A stretch of DNA of 64,000 nucleotides from Chloroflexota bacterium (GTDB lineage: Bacteria; Chloroflexota; Anaerolineae; UBA7937; B3-Chlor). Under the pieces are notes generated by a model. It made no database searches. It was not told the origin of the DNA and saw nothing but the letters and a program-made list of their open reading frames with translations. Within the stretch, counting starts at the first letter, position 1; each line of letters starts with the position of its first letter. The translations under genes were made by a program, and so were the position numbers. The stretch spans positions 94,900 through 158,899 of the forward strand of contig JAUVXJ010000008.1 in the NCBI GenBank assembly GCA_030603665.1, read 5' to 3'. Below, piece after piece: positions 26,329 to 36,363 of the stretch.

Positions 26329-26357
26329 TTGCGTTGGTCTTCCCATTGTGGTAAACT
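26329..26357 (+). promoter_or_regulatory. possible promoter of the regulator gene (TTGCGT-17 nt-TGgTAAACT)
   Basis: Hexamers and an extended -10 TG read from the sequence, about 90 nt before the ATG at 26446. Confidence 0.3.
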
Positions 26358-26445
26358 GAGGCATCACGCCTGGGCGTAGAAGTCGGCCTCATGACGATGT
26401 AGCCGCGCGTGCAGCTACGGGCAGTTTCTTGAAGGAGGTCTTACG

Positions 26446-29400
26446 ATGCCTACACTGCGCTTCTACTTGCTGGGTACGTTGGACATCCACCGCGATGGCG
26501 ACCGCCTGCCGAAGCCCCCGACGCTCAAGTCTCAGTCCTTGCTGGCCTACCTGGTCGTCCATCGTCACAGGCCACAGTCCCGGGATCGGCTGGTCGGGCT
26601 CTTCTGGGGAGACCGCCCAGAGCGCAAGGCGCGCGGATCTCTATCTACCGCCCTCTGGCACATCCGTCGTTGTCTCCCCGGAGACTGCGTGGACAGCGAT
26701 CCCCAGGCGGTACAGTTTGACCCCGAGAGTGATGTCTGGCTGGACGTTGAAGAGTTCGAGTCCTGCGTCTCCCAAGATGACATCACTGCCCTTCAATCGG
26801 CGGTGGCACTGTACCGTGGTGACCTCCTGGACGGCTTCTACCATGAGTGGGTGATCGATGAGCGGTACCGGTTGGAGACGCTGTTCATGGAGGCGCTGGC
26901 GCGACTGATGGCGGGACTCGAGGCGAGGGGAGTGAGCGATTCCTCTCTAAGCGTGGCCCTGCGGTTGCTCGAGAGAGACCCGCTGCGCGAGGATGCGCAC
27001 CGGTTGGCGATGCGAGCGTACTGCCGTCTGGGTCACCGCAACGCCGCGTTGGAGCAGTACCGCCGTTGCTGTGAGATCGTGCGGGAGGAGCTGGGCGCGG
27101 ATCCGATGGTGGAGACCACCGAGCTGTACGAAGAGATCATGGAAGGGCACTTCCCAGCTGGCCCAGTGCCGGAGGTAGTTCCGCCCACCGCGGCAGAGAT
27201 CCGACCGGCGCCCATCGCTGGGCGTAGTCCGTTGGACGTCATGGGACGTAGCAGGCTGCTAGGCAGGGATGACGAACTGGCGTTCCTGGACGAATGCTGG
27301 CAGCAGGCGGAAGAGGGGCGGGGAAAACTGGTGCTGATGAGCGGCGAGGCGGGCGTGGGCAAGAGTCTCATCGCGGAGGAGTGCGCCAATCGCCTTCGGG
27401 CGCAGGGCGTGCGCGTCCTGTGGGGTAACTGCTACGAATACGGCAGGGCCTTGCCCTATCAACCCGTTGCCGAAGCGCTGCGAACGGTTCTGCCGAGCCT
27501 GACATCGCAGGAACTGACGGACTTCCCTTCCTGGTCGCTGCAGGAGGCGGCTCGTCTCGTGCCAGAGGTGCTGGAAAAGCGCCCTGGGCTCGAAGTCACG
27601 CCATCCATTCCCTCGGACGAGCAGCGAGCGCGGCTTTACGAGGGAGTGGCGCGTGTGCTTACTGGAATGTGTTCTCTTGGACCCATCCTCATCGTCCTGG
27701 AGGACCTTCAGTGGGCCGGCGGTTCCACGCTGCAACTGATCCACTATCTGGCCAGGCGACTGACTGATCATCGCGTACTGATGCTGTGCAGCTTCCGGTC
27801 TGAAGAGGTTGGGCTAGGGCACCCTTTGCAGGCCTTGCGGCGGCGACTGATTCGGGACGGGCTGGCGGTGCTTCTCCGCGTGTCACGCCTGTCTCCGTCG
27901 GCGGTGGAAGCGGTGGTTAGGGATATGTCGGGGGCGGGGGATGAGGTGCTACCCCTGGCGAAGAGGCTGTATCGAGAGACGGAGGGCAACGCGTTCTTCT
28001 TGATAGAGACGGTCAAGGGTTTGTTTGAAACAGGCGCCATAAGGTTGGAGGGAGGAGTCTGGAGGGGCGACTTTGCCGGGATCAGCGAGGGGAAACTTGC
28101 CTTGCCCTCCAGCCTGAGTGAGGCCATCGGGGCACGGGTTCTCAACGTGACTGAAGACGCGCAGGAGGCGGTGTGTCTCGCCTCTGTCCTTGGTCGCGAG
28201 TTCGATTTCGACTTACTCGACGCTGTCTGGGGTCAAGGTGAAGGGGCGACGTTGGAAGCATTGGACGATCTGCTTCGCAGTCGACTGATAGACGAGGGCA
28301 GCGGGGCCGAGGCACGCGATTACGTCTTCACCCATCACAAGATCCAGGAGGTTATCTACTCTTCGATGTCACGCCGCCGGCGACAGCGGGCACACGCACT
28401 TGTGGGGACGGCGATGGAGAGTCTCTATCGCGCCCCCACGGAGGATTTGGCTGGTGAACTCGCCTTCCACTTCCAGGAGGGACGGCGGCACGACAAGGGG
28501 CTGACGGAGAAGGCGATCACCTACCGGCTTCAGGCGGGGGATCGGGCGCGCACGCTGTACGCCCACCAGGAAGCGATCGACCACTACGAGCAGGCCCTCG
28601 CGTTGTTGAAAGAAGAGATGAACTATGAAAAGGCTGCGAGGACGCTGATGAAGCTGGGGCTGACCCATCACAATGCCTTTGACTTCCAGCAGGCGCGCGA
28701 GGCCTTCAACCAGGGGTTTGCGCTACGGCAGCTGGCGGGCGAAGACCGGCCCTCAGATGCGCGTGCGCCAGCACCTCAGTCCCTCAGAGCGGCCTGGCAC
28801 GTTTTTGCGGTTGACCCAGCCATGGCCGAGGACTTTCCTTCGGTCGAAGTTGTAAGGCAGCTCTTCAGCGGCTTGGTAGACCAGAGTGCAGAGATGGACG
28901 TAGTACCGGACGTGGCCAGAAGTTGGGAGGTGTTGGAGGGCGGGCGCAAGTACGTCTTCCATCTGCGGGACGACGTGCACTGGAGCGACGGCAAGCCGGT
29001 GACGGCCGGGGACTATGAGTATGCCTGGAAGCGGGTGCTCAACCCGAAGGGCGGATCGGCCGGCGCTCTGATCCTGTACGACATCAAGGGAGCGAAGGCT
29101 TTTCATCGGGGAGAGATCACCGATCCGGGCATGGTTGGCGTGCGCGCTCAGGATCCGCTCACCCTGGTCGTGGAACTAGAGGGACCAACCAACTATCTCC
29201 CCCATTTGATGAACCACTGGCTAACATACCCTGTGCCCCGCCATGCCGTTGAACGATACGGAGAGGGTTGGACGGAGGTTGAGAACATCGTCACCAATGG
29301 CCCTTTCAGGTTGGAGTCCTGGCGGCCGGGGAGGTCCATGACCCTGGTGCTTAACTCCGACTACCATGGCCGGTTCAGGGGCAACGTGACGCGGGTCGAA

Positions 29401-30267
29401 CTGGCCTTGGACGTCGAGCCCCGCGACGAGTTGCGGATGTACGAGGCTGACGACCTCGACATCGGCTATCTCTGGGAGTTGTCGCCCCTGGAGATGGACC
29501 GCGCTCGCCAGCGTTACGCGGATGAATACCTGTCCGGACCCAGTCTCGCCACCTGGCTTGTGGACTTCAACATGGGTGAGCCGCCATTCGACGATGTTCA
29601 GGTGCGGCGAGCCTTCGTTATGGCGACCGACCGAGAGACGTTGGCCGGAGTGGACATGAGAGGGCACTTCTTCCCGGCCACAGGTGGGGTCATTCCTCCC
29701 GGCATGCCGGCACACTCGGTGGGGATCGCACTTCAATACGATGTTGAAGGGGCACGACAGCTCTTGGCCGAGGCAGGCTATCCAGAGGGCAGCGGCTTCC
29801 CCGCAGCTGTCTTCCTGTCACCACCAAGTCCTGCCGTTCAGCAGGCCATTGAACGGCTGCAGGTTCATTGGGAGGAGAAGCTGGGTGTGGAGATCTCGGT
29901 GGACACAAGGGACTGGCCAGACTACTTCGATAGACTCCGCAAAGGGCAGGGCCAACTGTTCTTCAGCTCATTCATGGCGCGCTACCCCGATCCCGACCAC
30001 TGCCTGCGAGGGCTTTCCAGCGGGCAGCGCACACGGGGGTGGAACGAAGCCTACGCTGGGTTGCTCGAGAAAGCCAGACGGGCCATGGACCAAGAGGTCA
30101 GGATGACGTTGTATCGGCAGGCGGATCGAATCCTGATCGAAGAAGCACCGGTCATACCCATAGGCTATGGACGACAGCACCTGTTGGTGAAACCGTGGGT
30201 GGGCAAGCTCCCTACCTCGGCGATCAAGTACTTCTTCTGGAAGGACGTGACCATCGAGCCACACTAG
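26446..30267 (+). CDS. SARP-type wHTH + BTAD + AAA/NB-ARC-like ATPase + TPR regulator fused to a C-terminal family-5 solute-binding (OppA/DppA-like) domain
   Basis: GAAGGAGG SD. The N-terminus LLGTLDIHRDG....P..KSQSLLAYLVVH......R..L..LFW is OmpR/SARP-like. BTAD helices run to about residue 240, followed by a GEAGVGKS Walker A and TPR-like helices. From about residue 800, VPDVARSWEV..GGRKYVFHLRDDVHWSDGKPVTAGDYEYAWKR continues to the end and is SBP_bac_5-like. No TM or signal peptide was seen. Confidence 0.85.
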   Translation: MPTLRFYLLGTLDIHRDGDRLPKPPTLKSQSLLAYLVVHRHRPQSRDRLVGLFWGDRPERKARGSLSTALWHIRRCLPGDCVDSDPQAVQFDPESDVWLDVEEFESCVSQDDITALQSAVALYRGDLLDGFYHEWVIDERYRLETLFMEALARLMAGLEARGVSDSSLSVALRLLERDPLREDAHRLAMRAYCRLGHRNAALEQYRRCCEIVREELGADPMVETTELYEEIMEGHFPAGPVPEVVPPTAAEIRPAPIAGRSPLDVMGRSRLLGRDDELAFLDECWQQAEEGRGKLVLMSGEAGVGKSLIAEECANRLRAQGVRVLWGNCYEYGRALPYQPVAEALRTVLPSLTSQELTDFPSWSLQEAARLVPEVLEKRPGLEVTPSIPSDEQRARLYEGVARVLTGMCSLGPILIVLEDLQWAGGSTLQLIHYLARRLTDHRVLMLCSFRSEEVGLGHPLQALRRRLIRDGLAVLLRVSRLSPSAVEAVVRDMSGAGDEVLPLAKRLYRETEGNAFFLIETVKGLFETGAIRLEGGVWRGDFAGISEGKLALPSSLSEAIGARVLNVTEDAQEAVCLASVLGREFDFDLLDAVWGQGEGATLEALDDLLRSRLIDEGSGAEARDYVFTHHKIQEVIYSSMSRRRRQRAHALVGTAMESLYRAPTEDLAGELAFHFQEGRRHDKGLTEKAITYRLQAGDRARTLYAHQEAIDHYEQALALLKEEMNYEKAARTLMKLGLTHHNAFDFQQAREAFNQGFALRQLAGEDRPSDARAPAPQSLRAAWHVFAVDPAMAEDFPSVEVVRQLFSGLVDQSAEMDVVPDVARSWEVLEGGRKYVFHLRDDVHWSDGKPVTAGDYEYAWKRVLNPKGGSAGALILYDIKGAKAFHRGEITDPGMVGVRAQDPLTLVVELEGPTNYLPHLMNHWLTYPVPRHAVERYGEGWTEVENIVTNGPFRLESWRPGRSMTLVLNSDYHGRFRGNVTRVELALDVEPRDELRMYEADDLDIGYLWELSPLEMDRARQRYADEYLSGPSLATWLVDFNMGEPPFDDVQVRRAFVMATDRETLAGVDMRGHFFPATGGVIPPGMPAHSVGIALQYDVEGARQLLAEAGYPEGSGFPAAVFLSPPSPAVQQAIERLQVHWEEKLGVEISVDTRDWPDYFDRLRKGQGQLFFSSFMARYPDPDHCLRGLSSGQRTRGWNEAYAGLLEKARRAMDQEVRMTLYRQADRILIEEAPVIPIGYGRQHLLVKPWVGKLPTSAIKYFFWKDVTIEPH

Positions 30268-30317
30268 CCCTCGTGGAGGAAAGAGTCCCTTTCCCAATGT
30301 GACCAATCGACTAGACC

Positions 30318-30347
30318 GAGCCCCGGCTCCTCAATAGAGCGGGGCTC
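30318..30347 (+). terminator. hairpin GAGCCCCG-N14-CGGGGCTC after the regulator gene
   Basis: 8-bp perfect stem about 50 nt after the stop, followed by TCTATGTGTGG (a weak U-tract). Confidence 0.4.
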
Positions 30348-30463
30348 TCTATGTGTGGCGCTGGCGCAGACATGTGGCACTGGGTGCCCTTGCCAGCGTG
30401 CCTCCTTCGAGGAGCATCGAGGAAGGAGGCGATTTTCTTCGAACTGTGAGATGACCGAGCGAT

Positions 30464-30495
30464 TTGAGAATCTTTTGAGACCGCCGTGGTACCAT
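30464..30495 (+). promoter_or_regulatory. copy d of the dispersed element (plus orientation): TTGAGAA-N4-TTGAGAC-CGCCGTGG-TACCAT
   Basis: Same heptamer spacing (11 bp) and the same 8-nt gap to a TAnnAT hexamer as the minus-strand copies. It lies about 200 nt upstream of ORF 30699. Confidence 0.5.
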
Positions 30496-30698
30496 GCTAC
30501 TGCAGCAAGTCGTGGCATGATGCGCAGACACGCTACCTGGCAGTTGGTCGACGTGCAAGCATCTCTCGGCACAGCTGCGATATTGCCGAAACCTTGCCGG
30601 GCGAGTCTAAGTAGGTGCTTGCTGCTCCGGCAGACACGGGAACACTCCGAGCTTCGGCCGGACTGTGCCTCGGTAGATAAGGAAGAAGAGGACCCTAT

Positions 30699-30914
30699 AT
30701 GACCGAACCATCCGGAGTTCCCCGCGTGATCACCTTTGTGGTCCGTTTCTGGCGAGAGTGGTCCGCTGCTGGCATGCGCTGGCGGGGACGCATTCAACAC
30801 GTGGAGAGTGGGGACGCGGCCTCATTCACGGATTTGAACAAGATGATGCGCTTCCTTCGTTCTTCAGGTGCATTGGGCGAGGACGAGAGCCTGCCCGAAG
30901 AGCTAGAGGAGTGA
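30699..30914 (+). CDS. small conserved-looking hypothetical protein (71 aa)
   Basis: Purine-rich SD. The pattern VITFVVRFWRE....WRGRIQHVESGDAASF.DL..MMRFL resembles small proteins I recall from Chloroflexota and cyanobacteria. That comparison is from memory and unverified. Confidence 0.45.
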   Translation: MTEPSGVPRVITFVVRFWREWSAAGMRWRGRIQHVESGDAASFTDLNKMMRFLRSSGALGEDESLPEELEE

Positions 30915-31047
30915 AAGCCGCCCGTCGCCAAGCATCCGTAGCTGGCCACGCGGCCTTTCCCCAGCGGGCGAGCCCCGGAACGGACTGGTGACCCCCAACA
31001 TCAGGGACCAGAGATGCCTCATGCAGAGGAGCTCGAGCGAGTGAGCC

Positions 31048-32511
31048 TCATCCTGTTTGGGCGTGGCCAGGCGGTCTCGGCTCCCGAATCTTGAGCAGGG
31101 TCAGCGAAGAGAGGAGAAAGCACACGCCGTAGATGGAGAAGATCACCAAATAGCCCAACCCTGGACTGCTCATGTTGAAGAAGTCAGCCATGGGCCCGCC
31201 GATCCCCGCGCCCACCACGCCCGCGCCCGCACCTGCCAGGTTGGAGATACCGAGATACCGCCCTGCCTCGTCGGGGGGCACAAGGTCGGTCCCCAACGCC
31301 CAGTTGGTGGAGATGAAGAGCCCCGTGGCCGACCCGATGATCAAGCCGCTGAGGTAGATCGTAGACAGGTCTGTGGAGACGAGGAGCAGGAAAGTGCCTC
31401 CCGCAGCGAGCAGGCCAGCGATCAAAAGGAGGCGCTTGCGGCTGAATCGGTCGGCCAGGAAACCGCCAGCCAGAGCCGCGACGCCGGTGAACAGCCCTAC
31501 CACCGCAATGAGGAGGGCTGTGGCCTGACCAGGATTGGACAGCTTGACCACATCTTGAAGGAAGAACCGCGCGAAGCCCTGGATGGAGCCTACCGCTGCG
31601 AAGAATAGCAGACGGTTAACGACCCACCAGACGAAGGAGGGGTAGCGACGCACTCCCTCACCGATGCCCACCCGCGCGCTCAGCCAGACGCCCACCACGA
31701 TAGCGCCGGCCATGGCCACCAGCCCGGCCAGGCCCACAGCCACCAGTTGCAGGACTCCACTCTCCCTCAGCAGGGCACCCACCAAGCCCACCAATCCTCC
31801 GGAGACGCCGGTGGCCACCACGAAGATCAAGGTTAGCAGCACGATCCGTATCACGGGCGGCTTGAGCGGCGTCAGCGGGCTCTCTCGCAGCGGCTCCTCG
31901 CGAACCGTCATCGTGGGCAGCATGGTGATGAATAGCGGGATCATGACCACCAGGATGGCGAGCTCCACCCGCCCCTGATCGACAAGCACCCCGATACCTG
32001 GCAGGAAGAGCACCGGCAGTAGCTGCATCACCGCCATCACGCCCGAGGCTTTCCCGCGCTGATCCTCCGGAACCAGGTCGGGGATCAAGCCTTGATAGGC
32101 GCCATGGGCGATGTTCGAGGAGAATTGCAGGAAGAGAACGGCGATGAGGAGCATCCAGAAACTGCCTGACACGGCGACGAGGGCCAGGAAGACTAGGTCT
32201 AGGAGGGTGCCTGCGAAGATGAAAGGCCGTCGCCGACCCCATCGCAGCGTCGATCGATCGCTGAGCATGCCAGCCAGTGGCTGGACCAGGATAGCGACGA
32301 CGAGACCTGCGGATCTGAGACCACCATAGTAGGTGTTCTTCAAGGCTTCGGGCACGAACTGCTGCACCAGATAGGGCATGATGACGGGGGTCAGACTGAC
32401 AGTGACGAAGCCCATCCCCAGCCAGTATGCGTTGATGGTGAGGTACTCTATGCCTCGCAGCTTGGGCGTGCGTCCTTGCGCTTGATCTACTGTGGGTCTA
32501 GCTTCTGTCAT
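31048..32511 (-). CDS. MFS transporter
   Basis: 12-14 TM profile. The loop motif SDRSTLRWGRRRPFI between TM2 and TM3 is typical of MFS/GPH-like carriers. Confidence 0.85.
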   Translation of the reverse strand: MTEARPTVDQAQGRTPKLRGIEYLTINAYWLGMGFVTVSLTPVIMPYLVQQFVPEALKNTYYGGLRSAGLVVAILVQPLAGMLSDRSTLRWGRRRPFIFAGTLLDLVFLALVAVSGSFWMLLIAVLFLQFSSNIAHGAYQGLIPDLVPEDQRGKASGVMAVMQLLPVLFLPGIGVLVDQGRVELAILVVMIPLFITMLPTMTVREEPLRESPLTPLKPPVIRIVLLTLIFVVATGVSGGLVGLVGALLRESGVLQLVAVGLAGLVAMAGAIVVGVWLSARVGIGEGVRRYPSFVWWVVNRLLFFAAVGSIQGFARFFLQDVVKLSNPGQATALLIAVVGLFTGVAALAGGFLADRFSRKRLLLIAGLLAAGGTFLLLVSTDLSTIYLSGLIIGSATGLFISTNWALGTDLVPPDEAGRYLGISNLAGAGAGVVGAGIGGPMADFFNMSSPGLGYLVIFSIYGVCFLLSSLTLLKIREPRPPGHAQTG

Positions 32512-32645
32512 GATTCTTCCTCCTTCGTCACGCTGTCACCCAGGGCCTTCGACTAGAAGCCTCCGTCGGAGACCACACTCCAAGAGACGGAGAGGCGACA
32601 AGGGGACAGGGAGGTAGGGCAGGGGTAGAGCCTCTGCCCCTCGGT

Positions 32646-33794
32646 TCATGGGCCCCAGGCTGGTGCGTGGTCCCGACCAGTCTCAGGGCGGCCCACGATC
32701 GGAGGGTTGTGAGTGAGGCGGGTGACCTCACTGCCATCGGTCCTCACCTTGAATATCTCATATGTATACCCGCCGCAATGGGATACAAAGGCTATCCATT
32801 CCCCGTCGGGCGACCAGGAGAGATCCGTGTCTGACTCCGATATCGCGGTGGGTTCGCAGTCAGCGCTACTCGACTCGGTGAGGCGAGTGAGCTCGCTACC
32901 GTCGGCCCTCACCTTGTACATGTCCCAGCCGGCTTCAGCATCCATGGTCCCGTCCTTCGTCGACATCTCGTCGCCAAACGAGACAAAGGCTATCCACTGG
33001 CCGTCAGGAGACCAGCAGGTGTGGTCCGCAATGGCGCTGCCGGCGAGCCTGGTGACTTCGCTGCCGTCGACCCTCATGCTGTACACTTCATCGTTTCCAT
33101 CGTGCCTGGAGCCAAAGACTATCCACTCTCCGTCGGGTGACCAGGACGGACTCCTGTCCCAGCCAGGGTCATTCGTCAGGCGCGTGACCTGGCTGCCATC
33201 GGCCCTCGTCTTGTAGATCTCGAAGTTGCCATCGCGGTCAGAGACAAAGGCTATCCACCGACCTTCAGGTGACCAGGAAGGATCTGAGTCCGAGGCAGGG
33301 TTGTTGGTGAGATTGGTGAGGTGGCTGCCGTCGTCCGCTACCTTGAATATCTCCTCGTTCCCAAGAGGCGCCTCCGATGTGGCTTCAAGCTTCGACTCAA
33401 AGGCTATCCAATTGCCGTCCGGTGACCAAGACGGACTTCGCTCCCAGGAAGGGTCATTGGTGACAGCTATGACCTGGGTACCATCGGCCCTCATCTTGTA
33501 TATGTCGAACTTGCCATCGCGGCGCGACTCAAAGGCTATCCACTGGCCCTCAGGCGACCAGGAAGGGCAGGAGTCCGGGGCAGGGTTGTCGGTGAGGTTG
33601 GTGGGCTGGGTGCCATCCGGCCTCATTTTGTATATCTCCTGGTTCCCATCGCGACTGGAGACGAATGCTATCCACTGGCGGTCCCCCCAGGGAGTGGACT
33701 CCACTTCCGCTCCAGGGACTGCGGGCAGCGCTCCTCTACATCCACAAACCGCCAATAGGACCGCTAGTATCAACAGTGGTATCCACTTTCTCAT
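32646..33794 (-). CDS. PD40/TolB-like beta-propeller lipoprotein
   Basis: Lipobox LLAVCGC, then at least 6 repeats of WSPDG.WIAF.S.RDGN.EIY....DGS....LTN.P..D..PSWSPDG. Confidence 0.85.
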   Translation of the reverse strand: MRKWIPLLILAVLLAVCGCRGALPAVPGAEVESTPWGDRQWIAFVSSRDGNQEIYKMRPDGTQPTNLTDNPAPDSCPSWSPEGQWIAFESRRDGKFDIYKMRADGTQVIAVTNDPSWERSPSWSPDGNWIAFESKLEATSEAPLGNEEIFKVADDGSHLTNLTNNPASDSDPSWSPEGRWIAFVSDRDGNFEIYKTRADGSQVTRLTNDPGWDRSPSWSPDGEWIVFGSRHDGNDEVYSMRVDGSEVTRLAGSAIADHTCWSPDGQWIAFVSFGDEMSTKDGTMDAEAGWDMYKVRADGSELTRLTESSSADCEPTAISESDTDLSWSPDGEWIAFVSHCGGYTYEIFKVRTDGSEVTRLTHNPPIVGRPETGRDHAPAWGP

Positions 33795-33852
33795 CTCTTC
33801 CCCTCCTCCGCTTTGGACAGGCTCTGTTGGTTCACCCTGGCGAGGTGGTCAC

Positions 33853-34818
33853 TCACTCTTCGATCTCCACCACGCCAAACCCAGCGACGTACTGGTTCAG
33901 GAAAGCGTCCATGTAGCCTTTGAAGGCATCAGGGTCTGTCTTGATGCACTGAGCGTGGGGCGCATCCCAATCGGTCAGAAACAGCGCCTTCCGGTCGTGG
34001 GCGATGTTGGAATAGATGGCTTCGGAATGGGACGCGGGGATAGATTCGTCTTGCAGCGAGTGGATCAAGAAGACGGGTGCCCGGATGTCTCGCGCGGCCA
34101 ACATGGGCGAGACCGCCGCAGGCTCGAAGTCGGCGCGCCAGCTCGCAAAGAGAAGCACGGTGGGGATCAAGACGTACCTCCCGAGGGCGCCGTACCGCTC
34201 CTCCGCCTGTTCCCCGAGAAGTGTAGGCAAGTCCTGGAAGGGCGCTTCGGCAGCAACGAAGGCCAGGTCTGGCTCCAAAGCGGCTGCCTGCAAGACGGTT
34301 GCCGCGCCATAGGACACGCCCATCAGGCCAATCTGGGACGTCTCCAACTCGGTGCGCCGGGATAGCCAGTCCACGACCTGCAGGGTATCTTCCTTCTCGT
34401 AGTAGCCGAAGGTGGCGTACTCGCCAGTGCTCTCACCGTGGTGCCGGGCATCGAACATCACCAGGTGACAGCCGCGGTCCCAGAACAGAGGGGCGTACAT
34501 GAAGGTCTCCACTCGGGCGCCCCCACGACCATGGAGCAGCACGACGCCGCAGTCGTGGTCTAGCTCATTCTCGAAGAACCACCCTGAGAGGACGATGTCG
34601 GCGCCCACAGCGAGCGAGATATCTTCCGGTTCCGGCAGACCCAGTTCATCCAGGTCATACGGGCCCAGGACTGGCTCTGTGCGCTCGTGGATCTCTTCCA
34701 AGGTGCTTTGTTTGAAGGCCACGACGGCGCCGGATAAATACCAGCAATTCCAGAGGTAGAAGCCGGCCACCAACAGCAGGACGACCAACATAGCAGTCCC
34801 GAGCACCTTGCGTCTCAT
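33853..34818 (-). CDS. membrane-anchored alpha/beta hydrolase (paralogue of 15297..16307)
   Basis: GGAGGAGG SD before the internal ATG (MRRKVLG). GLMGVSYGA nucleophile elbow. It is collinear with the other copy over its full length. Confidence 0.8.
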   Translation of the reverse strand: MRRKVLGTAMLVVLLLVAGFYLWNCWYLSGAVVAFKQSTLEEIHERTEPVLGPYDLDELGLPEPEDISLAVGADIVLSGWFFENELDHDCGVVLLHGRGGARVETFMYAPLFWDRGCHLVMFDARHHGESTGEYATFGYYEKEDTLQVVDWLSRRTELETSQIGLMGVSYGAATVLQAAALEPDLAFVAAEAPFQDLPTLLGEQAEERYGALGRYVLIPTVLLFASWRADFEPAAVSPMLAARDIRAPVFLIHSLQDESIPASHSEAIYSNIAHDRKALFLTDWDAPHAQCIKTDPDAFKGYMDAFLNQYVAGFGVVEIEE

Positions 34819-35161
34819 CGACACATGCCTCCTCCAGTGTGGATGTCGAGCTTGTCGTCCGAGACTCAACCCCTGCCGGCTCTAGGGCGCGCCGGTTCAC
34901 TCCAGCTTGCCTGCCTCGTTGGCCATCGTGGCACCCGGCACCTCGTTGATCGGCAGCCTCGATTTGCGAACTGCGTAACCAAGTCTAGTACAATTGTCAC
35001 ATGGCAGCAAGGACGAGATCTCCCTGCACTATATGGCGCCATCACTGCGGAGAGGTTCCTCTGACTGCCTCCAGTGATGGACAACAGCCCGAGTGCTCTC
35101 CAGGGAGGCTTCGCAATCGGGCGCGCCGTCACCCTCCCGCACAGAGACGATCTGCCGTGGG

Positions 35162-36325
35162 CTACGGAGTAGGGGAGGGCCGATACTGGTCTGTCCAGCT
35201 TCCCACGACATCTGGACCCGGATCGCTCGTAATCCGCACGTCCGGCGAAAGCTCCGTGATGACGTAGTAGCAGTTGCCCTCTCGAAACAGAGGCACAACG
35301 CCGATGTCCAGGTTGCCACCCTGATAGAAGGTGTGGAAAGCCAGAGCCATGCCGTCGGGCGACCAGACGGGACCCACTGATTGAAGCCATACGAAGTGGC
35401 AAGCCCCCGGCTGAAGCCCTTCAACTCGAATGAGTGGCGCGGGCTCAGCTTGGACAAAGGGGAACGCCTCCACTGTGGTGTAGGCAAAGAACTCCCCATC
35501 CAGTGACCAGCCACCGCCAAACATCCCAAGCAGGTCGAGGTACTCCTCAGGAAGGTTTACCGGGAAGCGTGGCTCGACAGAGGAACCATCGGGCGCCATG
35601 AAGTACCACTGGAACTCTCCGGCCCTGTCAGAGAGAAAGGCTACCCGCTTGCCATCAGGGGACCACGCTGGATGTCCGTCAAACCCTGCGCTGTTGGTCA
35701 CGTTGGTCTGCTCCGAACCATCTGCGTTCATTACCAGCACCTCGGAGTCCCCGTCTAGAACTGATATGAAGGCGATGTGTTCGCCATCGGGGGACCAGAC
35801 AGGAAACGCGTCCTTGGCGGCGTTGTCTGTAAGGCGGGTCGCACCCGAGCCGTCGGCGTTCATCACGTAGATCTCCATGTTCCCGTCGCGCTCGGAGCTG
35901 AAGGCGATGCGCTTGCCGTCGGCGGAGAAGGCAGGGGTCGCGTCTGATCCTGGGCTGTTGGTGAGTCTGGTCCTGCCAGAGCCGTCGGGGTTGACGATGT
36001 AGATCTCGCCATCTGCGGCGGAATAGGCGATCCTCTGCTGAGGCGGCCCGGCAGTGACGGCCGTGGCTGTCGGCGGAACCGATGTCGGCGTGGGAGGATC
36101 GGGCGTTGGTTTGGGAGGCACCGCTGTCGGCGCAGGAGGCTTAGGCACCGGCGTCGGGGGGACTGATGTAGGCGTGGGAGGCAGCGGCGTCGCCGTTGGA
36201 GTCATTGGCGGTGGTGGATGAGGCTCAGGCGTGGCGGTCGCGGCGCTTGGTTCCTGACCGCAGGCCGTGGCCAGGAGCAATAGTAGCAGGACCACTACCG
36301 ACACCGCGCCAAGTGGGCTCTTCAT
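35162..36325 (-). CDS. PD40/TolB-like beta-propeller lipoprotein with Pro/Thr-rich linker
   Basis: AGGGAGGG SD before the internal ATG (MKSPLG). Lipobox LATAC, a PTPT-rich linker of about 80 aa, then PD40 repeats (FSADGKRIAFSSERDGNMEIYVMNADGS...). Confidence 0.85.
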   Translation of the reverse strand: MKSPLGAVSVVVLLLLLLATACGQEPSAATATPEPHPPPPMTPTATPLPPTPTSVPPTPVPKPPAPTAVPPKPTPDPPTPTSVPPTATAVTAGPPQQRIAYSAADGEIYIVNPDGSGRTRLTNSPGSDATPAFSADGKRIAFSSERDGNMEIYVMNADGSGATRLTDNAAKDAFPVWSPDGEHIAFISVLDGDSEVLVMNADGSEQTNVTNSAGFDGHPAWSPDGKRVAFLSDRAGEFQWYFMAPDGSSVEPRFPVNLPEEYLDLLGMFGGGWSLDGEFFAYTTVEAFPFVQAEPAPLIRVEGLQPGACHFVWLQSVGPVWSPDGMALAFHTFYQGGNLDIGVVPLFREGNCYYVITELSPDVRITSDPGPDVVGSWTDQYRPSPTP

Positions 36326-36363
36326 CTTGCCCTCCCTTGTCTCCAAGTCGTGCAGCCGGCCCG

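Noticed and set aside
30318-30347. Possible additional, deletion-derivative copy of the GAGCCCC...CTCAATAGA module after the regulator gene.
   Set aside because: Similarity depends on assuming two deletions, and the orientation relative to the adjacent gene is opposite to the other copies. It is kept only as a plain hairpin/terminator.
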